A stretch of 14,745 nt of DNA, taken from NCBI GenBank assembly GCA_016839815.1, contig JAEOTM010000101.1, positions 1-14,745 of the forward strand, read 5' to 3'. This document shows, one piece after another, positions 9,219 through 14,745 of the stretch (its first letter is position 1; each line of letters opens with the position of its first letter). Position numbers and translations under genes: made by a program. The DNA is from Candidatus Hodarchaeota archaeon. Its GTDB lineage: Archaea; Asgardarchaeota; Heimdallarchaeia; Hodarchaeales; Hodarchaeaceae. The notes under the pieces were generated by a model, which was not told the DNA's origin, did no database searches, and saw only the letters and a list, made by a program, of their open reading frames with translations.

Positions 9219-10391
9219 TTATAGAAGTCTGACTTTTGGACGGTAATTCGCGTTTTTTAGATTTTCACGAAGTAAAAATCTTCGAATGTACGGTGAGTCA
9301 GATTCAATTATGAACTCTGCACACTCTTCTTTACTATGGAACTTTGAAGTATCCTCACAAAAGCGAAAATTAATTACTTTTCTTTCCCAAGGAGTAAGTA
9401 CTTCTTTGATTTTTTGGTTATCTGAAAGTTTTTTCCAAAACCATGCATGTCTTGATAACCAATAACTAGGTTTAAATTTATAATCTTGAATTCGTTCGTA
9501 ATCGATTCCTAAATCTTCAACTTTTAGGAAGGTTGTAGTTTTATTCCAACTTTCTATATTTTCAGGATCATCTTTCAATAAACTGGGGTATCTATATACA
9601 AGGTGTGGAGTATCTACCAAGATATCTTGTCCAGGTAACAATAATCTCTCTAACCACTTTGAAACCCGAGCCCCTCCAATTCGTCCTACCATATCATCAG
9701 TTGGATTCACATCTAATCTACGTAATCCATTTTCTGAACTTATTACAAATTCTTTAAATGAAGTTTTAGTCGAGTCACCACCAATGAATTCGTTTGCAGT
9801 TCTTGGAAATGTTTCTATTACATCATCAATTCCCAAAACTTCACAAATAGGATCTTCTATATGATCAATAACATCCTTTATTTTTTTATTAAATGACTCA
9901 AGGTATTTTGGTAGTTGAGGCCAGTACCATGGTTTAAATAATGCGTTCTCTTCCCCCCAAAGTCCAAGGTTGTCCAGTTGTTCGCTACCTATATTTAAAT
10001 CAGCATACGATTCTATATGCCCTTTTAAGGTAAGATCAAAGGTATTGGTTCCATACTGGTTCAATCCTATTATTATTGAACACTTAGAAAAACAACGAGT
10101 GAGATAAGATATATTTTCACCAGTTAAAAAAGAATTTGGATCTGTTTTTAAAAGATCATAATCAATTATGAATATCGATGTTTCATCTAACTTGGAGGTT
10201 TTTTCATCCCATTCTCCTTTATGTCGAAGCATATTTTGTCTAGATATTAATACTTTCATCTCTTCTTTGAAATCTTCATTTTTCAATAATTCTACTTCAA
10301 AGTTTGTTTTAATAATATCTAAGTCTCCTAATTTTTTAGCATATCTTTCTCCTAATCGTCTATCATCATCATATATTCGAATCTTTTTCAT
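9219..10391 (-). CDS. Receiver (REC)-like domain protein with a large uncharacterised C-terminal region, ~390 aa
   Basis: Start moved from the track's 10406 to the second Met (10391), which forms an ATGA overlap with the kinase stop. N-terminal KKIRIYDDD (beta1 plus acidic pocket), SIFIIDYDL (beta3 plus candidate phosphoacceptor Asp77), then TGENI and CSIIIGLN. Directly downstream of a His-kinase gene. Confidence 0.75.
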   Translation of the reverse strand: MKKIRIYDDDRRLGERYAKKLGDLDIIKTNFEVELLKNEDFKEEMKVLISRQNMLRHKGEWDEKTSKLDETSIFIIDYDLLKTDPNSFLTGENISYLTRCFSKCSIIIGLNQYGTNTFDLTLKGHIESYADLNIGSEQLDNLGLWGEENALFKPWYWPQLPKYLESFNKKIKDVIDHIEDPICEVLGIDDVIETFPRTANEFIGGDSTKTSFKEFVISSENGLRRLDVNPTDDMVGRIGGARVSKWLERLLLPGQDILVDTPHLVYRYPSLLKDDPENIESWNKTTTFLKVEDLGIDYERIQDYKFKPSYWLSRHAWFWKKLSDNQKIKEVLTPWERKVINFRFCEDTSKFHSKEECAEFIIESDSPYIRRFLLRENLKNANYRPKVRLL

Positions 10392-12514
10392 TCTAATTCT
10401 CTCCATTTCAATGAAAATGCAGTATTGAATCCTTTTTGAGGTTCAACAAAAGATACTTTACACCCAATATTATATGCAATCAATCTTACTATAGTAAGTC
10501 CTAGTCCTGTTCCACCATATCCGAGAGCCCGTCTCTCAGAAGAAATTTCTACTCTTCTTTCAAAAGGCTCAAATAAAATTTCAGAATCTTTAAGATTTAC
10601 ACCACTTCCTGTATTTTGAACTATAATTTCAATAGTTCTATCCATATTTCTTGAACTTACTTCGATGAATTTATTTTCTGAATCTATCATTGCATTGAAA
10701 GAGTTAATGAAAACATTTTGGAATATTGAACTCCACTCAACAAGTGAAGCTTCAGGCAGAAGTAACCCCTCATCAATTTTACTTGTATCTATAGGTATTC
10801 CTCTAGCTAATGATGTTACTTGTTGTGTTATATCATCTATGATTTTTTTTGCTTGAAATCTTTTTTTATTCCTTAAATTTTCTGAATCAATATAATATGA
10901 AAAAAGAGAATTAGTCAGCATAGATCTTTCTAACCATGACGATAAAGCTTGTTTTAGCTCATTCAAAGTCGATCGAATTTTTTCGTTTTCAGTTTCAAAA
11001 GTTAATTGTCCTAATTGCTCAATAATATCTTCAATAGTGAAAAACTGTCGTTTAGTTTCATGCTGATAGGCAAGTGATGTAATCCCAGCCGTTGCTAAAG
11101 GCCCCATCAAGCTCACACGCTTTGCAATCTCTTCAGCTTCGGATTCGATTTCGTTTGTTACTTTTTGAATATCATTGTAAAGATCATCATAAACATTTTC
11201 AGGTATTTCAGGCTGATATTTAACTAAGACTTCTTCAAAACTAGTATGTTTTGGTTTTTCAGTTTTGGTCTTTAAAGCTTCAAGCTTGAGAGTCCTTACT
11301 CTCTCTACGTAAGAATAGTAGTCTAAAGCCCATCTGACCATATAAGCAAGATTGTCAAATGCTACGCTTTCTTGAAGCCTATCCCTAGTAATTAAAATAT
11401 GAAGACCTTTTTCTTTTGAAGTATCTACATTCACAGCTCCAAAAATTCGTGAAAGTGTAGGAAGAAACTGTAAACCTTGTTTTATTTGAAATTCTTTTGG
11501 TAAAAGTTGTGATAGGGTTAATCTATGAGAGTGAGCTAATTCAATCATTAACCAATCGTTTCTGGGATCACCATAATATGGTAGATGAAATCCCCCATCA
11601 TATACATGAACCCCTCCAAATTGATTAAAATACTCTCTAGCTTTTCCTACTTTGATATGATGAGGTTGTCTACGAGTTAAATGGTAAATTCTTATTTCAA
11701 AATCTCCATTAGATAAATCACAATTAGGAATGGTGTAATTGATCTTACTTGGGATCTCTCCAGCATATTCTAAAGATAATGAGACCTTTCCGTTTATATT
11801 ACGTCCAACAAGTTTGCAATGCCAGATATCCATGATGGCCTTTATTTGTTTGTTGAAAACATCTTCATAATCTTTTTCTGAAGAAATAAACGTAATTTCA
11901 AATGCTTTCTGTAGGTCCTCGATAGCTTTTATGTGACTCCTAAAAGGTGGTTGAAGCCACCAAATCTCTTGGGCAAGTCCTTGAATAAGAGACGATGACC
12001 AATCATGTTTTAATTCCATTAAAACGATTTGAGTACCTTTTTCGAATCCTTCTTCAGAGGTTATAATTTCATATTCAACACTTGCCTGAGTTAATTCACC
12101 AGCTTTTACTGCTTCTTCCCAATTAACATAAGCTTCAAGTCTAGAATTCAAATCTTTTTCAGAAGTTGTAAAAAGAGTCAATTTTTTTGCTAAATATTGT
12201 ACAGCAAGTCTACCAACACCTTTCGAGCCAGTCATTGACCTTCCAAAATTTCTTGAAATCCTTTGTTTTCGTTTGTGTGTTGAGCCAATTCTCATCCAGA
12301 AATCTTCAAACTCTTTAAAAGTCATACCGTGCCCATTATCAGTGACTATTACACAGTTTTTTTCAGGGTTTAACTCAATTGTAACTTTAGTAGCATCTGC
12401 ATCATAGCTATTTTTTACTAGCTCAGCTAACGCTATGTAAGGTTTACCAACCAGGCGTTCGCCTAGTTCTTCAAGTAATGCGGAATCGACTGTGAAGTAC
12501 AAATTTTCAGGCAT
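10388..12514 (-). CDS. MORC/MutL-type GHKL ATPase fused to a C-terminal histidine-kinase module, 708 aa
   Basis: N-terminal GHKL motifs ALAELVKNSYDADA, VTDNGHGM, GSKGVGRLA and GTQIVL, then an S5-like region (GGVHVYDGGFHLPYYG..DWL, TRDRLQE). Second module: H-box-like SLAYQHETK (His485), N-box NVFINSFNAM, G1 IIVQNTGSGV, F-box LFEPFE, G2 GGTGLGL. Confidence 0.9.
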   Translation of the reverse strand: MPENLYFTVDSALLEELGERLVGKPYIALAELVKNSYDADATKVTIELNPEKNCVIVTDNGHGMTFKEFEDFWMRIGSTHKRKQRISRNFGRSMTGSKGVGRLAVQYLAKKLTLFTTSEKDLNSRLEAYVNWEEAVKAGELTQASVEYEIITSEEGFEKGTQIVLMELKHDWSSSLIQGLAQEIWWLQPPFRSHIKAIEDLQKAFEITFISSEKDYEDVFNKQIKAIMDIWHCKLVGRNINGKVSLSLEYAGEIPSKINYTIPNCDLSNGDFEIRIYHLTRRQPHHIKVGKAREYFNQFGGVHVYDGGFHLPYYGDPRNDWLMIELAHSHRLTLSQLLPKEFQIKQGLQFLPTLSRIFGAVNVDTSKEKGLHILITRDRLQESVAFDNLAYMVRWALDYYSYVERVRTLKLEALKTKTEKPKHTSFEEVLVKYQPEIPENVYDDLYNDIQKVTNEIESEAEEIAKRVSLMGPLATAGITSLAYQHETKRQFFTIEDIIEQLGQLTFETENEKIRSTLNELKQALSSWLERSMLTNSLFSYYIDSENLRNKKRFQAKKIIDDITQQVTSLARGIPIDTSKIDEGLLLPEASLVEWSSIFQNVFINSFNAMIDSENKFIEVSSRNMDRTIEIIVQNTGSGVNLKDSEILFEPFERRVEISSERRALGYGGTGLGLTIVRLIAYNIGCKVSFVEPQKGFNTAFSLKWRELE

Positions 12515-12570
12515 TTTTCTAATACATTAATAACTCGCATCCAAAATTAAAGGTTTCATCTTCACATTTT

Positions 12571-13806
12571 TCAACTCAATAATTCAAGAGAAAAAATATA
12601 GGTTAACGTCATAGGAACCGCATTACCTATCATTTGCGATAATGATTCTCGAGTCCTTGCGGAGGAAAAATCGAAGAAGTCTGGAAAGAATTGTAAACGT
12701 GCAGCTTCGTGTGGTGTGATTGTTCTCATGCGACTTGGGTGGACATTTCTTCCTTGGCCTGGAGACAAGAAACCACTCGTTATTGTTTGTGCAGGTTTAT
12801 CGTATCTGATCCGACCATACATAGCTGGATATCTGTGAACTTTTCTGTGACAGGGAGGACGCAACCAATTTGGTAAAACATATACATCGTTTTCGTGCAA
12901 GTATCTTATCCTTTTCATATTCTCTTCCGAAAGGCGAGACGGGGTACTGATGTTTCCATTGGGAGTTTCATCCTGTATATCTTCAATAGCCCATCTTACA
13001 GTGCGGTCATTTTCGACACGGTTTTTTTCGACTACCTCTTCTATCGATACTTGTTTAGACCTTGAAGCGATCACAAGATGACGTTTACGTTTTTGAGGAA
13101 CGCCAATCGTAGCTAGGTTGACTATACCACTGTCGACTTTGTATTCTAGTTCATGCATTGTTTCTATTGCTTTCTTTGCTTCTCCGCTGTGGCTATATAT
13201 TATAGCTGGAACGTTTTCGATCATAACGTGTTCTGGTCTAGCTATTTCTATGAATCTTGCAACATTGTCATATAATCTGTTTCGGTCATCCTTGCGTCTG
13301 GTATGATTATTCAAATTCGAATGACCTTGACATGGAGGTCCTGCTAATAGTAAATCTACACGACTTATCTTCTTCAGAAAATCCTGTTCATTTTCAGTAA
13401 TATCTGATCCAACATCACCATCAATAACATCTTGGATCTTATGTTCATATATTCCACTATTGGGAAAATTATCTTTGTACACTCTGAGAAAATCCGGAGT
13501 TTTATCCAACGCTGCCTCTACCAGAAAATGTTTTCCAATCGAGTTACACGCTTCCCTAGCACCTAATGACATGCCTCCACAACCACAAAACAAATCTACA
13601 GCGTGTACAATTTCAGATGAGTTTATCTCTTCAGGTCTATTTTTCATTCTCAGATAACTATATTCAAACAATGAACGGGCATCTTTGTCATTCAAATTCG
13701 TGTTTCCTAATCGAATACTGGATAAAAAACGTCTACTATTTGGGAGATGGATCTCTCGAATAGCGATATTTTTGTCTGGGAAATATTTGAATTCTTGACG
13801 TAGCAT
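12571..13806 (-). CDS. dcm: DNA (cytosine-5)-methyltransferase, 411 aa
   Basis: Motif I VDLFCGCGGMSLG, IV LAGPPCQGHS, VI MIENV, VIII GVPQKRKR, IX ITPHEAARLQFFPD, X QMIGNAVP. About 65 aa of N-terminal extension. The symbol denotes the family, not CCWGG specificity. Confidence 0.96.
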   Translation of the reverse strand: MLRQEFKYFPDKNIAIREIHLPNSRRFLSSIRLGNTNLNDKDARSLFEYSYLRMKNRPEEINSSEIVHAVDLFCGCGGMSLGAREACNSIGKHFLVEAALDKTPDFLRVYKDNFPNSGIYEHKIQDVIDGDVGSDITENEQDFLKKISRVDLLLAGPPCQGHSNLNNHTRRKDDRNRLYDNVARFIEIARPEHVMIENVPAIIYSHSGEAKKAIETMHELEYKVDSGIVNLATIGVPQKRKRHLVIASRSKQVSIEEVVEKNRVENDRTVRWAIEDIQDETPNGNISTPSRLSEENMKRIRYLHENDVYVLPNWLRPPCHRKVHRYPAMYGRIRYDKPAQTITSGFLSPGQGRNVHPSRMRTITPHEAARLQFFPDFFDFSSARTRESLSQMIGNAVPMTLTYIFSLELLS

Positions 13807-13812
13807 TTTTCA

Positions 13813-14304
13813 TCATCCCAAATGTTCGTTATTCTCCTCAGTTCTCTCAATATCGAATGAACCAAGTTGTGTTAAAAACTCATGAAGATCTTTATTTAAT
13901 TTCTTTGGCTCATCCAATTCACATTCCCAAACCACAAGCACAGAATATCCCCTTTTTTCGAGGAGCGTGATTTTTTGTTTATCCCTCGCCTTATTATCGG
14001 CAAATTTTTTCTTCCAAAAATCTCGATTTCTCTTTGGAATAGTGGCTTTTTTACAATTTTCATGAGCGTGCCAGAAGCATCCATGAACAAATATCGCCCA
14101 CATTCCCTCTCGACTCGCCACGTCAGGACTCCCAGGTAAGTCTCTCGTATTCGTTTCATAGTGAACATTATATTGATCTAAAATTTTTCTGACAGCTAAT
14201 TCCAGAGACGTCCCTTTCTGTCTTATGCTAGCCATTAAACGAGATCTTTTTGGTGTAGTCTCGAAATTGAATGTTTCTGACGTCTCCGCATCCCCCAAAA
14301 TCAT
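13813..14304 (-). CDS. vsr: Very-short-patch repair (T:G mismatch) endonuclease Vsr, ~163 aa
   Basis: RSRLMASIRQKGTSLELAVRK, DLPGSPDV, AIFVHGCFWHAHENC, PKRNRDFWKKKFADNKARD, GYSVLVVWECEL. Ends 6 bp before the methyltransferase start. The ATG at 14304 is preferred over the track's GTG at 14361 because it gives a more typical Vsr length. Confidence 0.95.
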   Translation of the reverse strand: MILGDAETSETFNFETTPKRSRLMASIRQKGTSLELAVRKILDQYNVHYETNTRDLPGSPDVASREGMWAIFVHGCFWHAHENCKKATIPKRNRDFWKKKFADNKARDKQKITLLEKRGYSVLVVWECELDEPKKLNKDLHEFLTQLGSFDIERTEENNEHLG

Positions 14305-14465
14305 ATGTATTGAAATTAGAATGGTGAATACATATTTTATTTCTTGTACAACTTTCTTCACTCTCTATAACCTTTACAACCCCATTTAATACATTCCTTT
14401 TCATTTTTAGTTTCATAATCAATGCGGTGATGCTTGATTAATTGCTTCGGGTTCAACTAATGGGC

Positions 14466-14745
14466 TTATGCATTATATTTTGTCCAATTGTATTCATCTA
14501 ATAATTTAGGTAGCGTAGTTGCCTTACTATTACATTCAGACACTAAATTTTCAAAAACTGATTCCTTAGACGTTTTTCGAATGATTGAATATTCACGTAT
14601 CAAATAATCAGCAAATAGTTTCATTCTCCACATGAAATTTACGTATCCTAATTCATTATCCGAACATCCATAATTATATCTAATTTTATTATCGTACATC
14701 ATGAAAAAGTTTGGATTTGTTAAGTGAAGGATTTTTGATGTTGCG
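14466..14745 (-). CDS. 3' part of a hypothetical protein, possibly helical DNA-glycosylase-like (DUF6308-like); 5' end lies beyond the right edge
   Basis: The frame stays open upstream of the track's Met to the window edge: ATSKILHLTNPNFFMMYDNKIR...TTLPKLLDEYNWTKYNA*. SKILH...P..F..YD..IR resembles the Lys/Asp region that follows the HhH in glycosylase-like folds. Confidence 0.55.
   Translation of the reverse strand, partial: ATSKILHLTNPNFFMMYDNKIRYNYGCSDNELGYVNFMWRMKLFADYLIREYSIIRKTSKESVFENLVSECNSKATTLPKLLDEYNWTKYNA

Noticed and set aside
10392-10406. Track start (MERIR) for the receiver protein
   Set aside because: The second Met gives a canonical ATGA overlap and places beta1 of the REC domain at the N-terminus.
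6653-10856. Plus-strand ORFs 6653-7015, 7364-7681, 8667-8951, 9027-9224, 10168-10428 and 10665-10856
   Set aside because: Antisense to longer genes, mostly Ser/Phe/Ile-rich as expected of shadow frames, with no recognisable motifs.
2438-13806. Assignment to DISARM or BREX because of SNF2 helicase plus methyltransferases
   Set aside because: No DrmA/DrmB (DUF1998), PLD, PglZ or BrxC-like genes are in the window, and the helicase partner is a DUF1156 enzyme.
14305-14361. 19-codon N-terminal extension of Vsr from the GTG at 14361
   Set aside because: Low-complexity AT-rich sequence that would make Vsr unusually long; the ATG at 14304 is more plausible.
13118-14422. ORFs 13118-13306, 13460-13657, 13566-13763, 13896-14168 and 14228-14422
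   Set aside because: They overlap dcm or vsr in antisense or alternative frames and carry no motifs.
14445-14465. GGGTTCAA resembling a tRNA T-loop or att-site remnant
   Set aside because: No complementary T-stem follows and no cloverleaf can be formed.
1-14745. Inferring the C5-MTase target from site avoidance; CRISPR arrays, tandem repeats, IS ends
   Set aside because: CCWGG, GATC and GGCC all occur, and proper k-mer statistics cannot be done by eye. No regularly spaced repeats or terminal inverted repeats were seen.

Overview
AT-rich prokaryotic defence-island segment with every supported gene on the minus strand. The host is possibly archaeal (a GGTGA ribosome-binding site and TATA-like boxes; this is inference). 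In transcription order, right to left: (1) the 3' end of a possible helical DNA-glycosylase-like gene running off the right edge; (2) a five-gene cluster of Vsr endonuclease, C5-cytosine methyltransferase, MORC/GHKL-ATPase-histidine-kinase fusion, receiver-domain protein with a large unknown C-terminus, and a 219-aa His-rich unknown protein; (3) a stand-alone 663-aa protein with Cys-rich N-terminus, helical middle and PD-(D/E)xK nuclease C-terminus; (4) a SNF2 helicase-DUF3883-type nuclease gene overlapping (TTGA) a DUF1156-type amino-methyltransferase gene that runs off the left edge and is missing from the ORF track. The best candidate for an undescribed system is cluster (2): a methyltransferase with no recognisable restriction enzyme, linked to a putative phosphorelay and an unknown effector. 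All domain calls come from motifs read by eye, not from database searches. I saw no RNA genes, CRISPR arrays or mobile elements.
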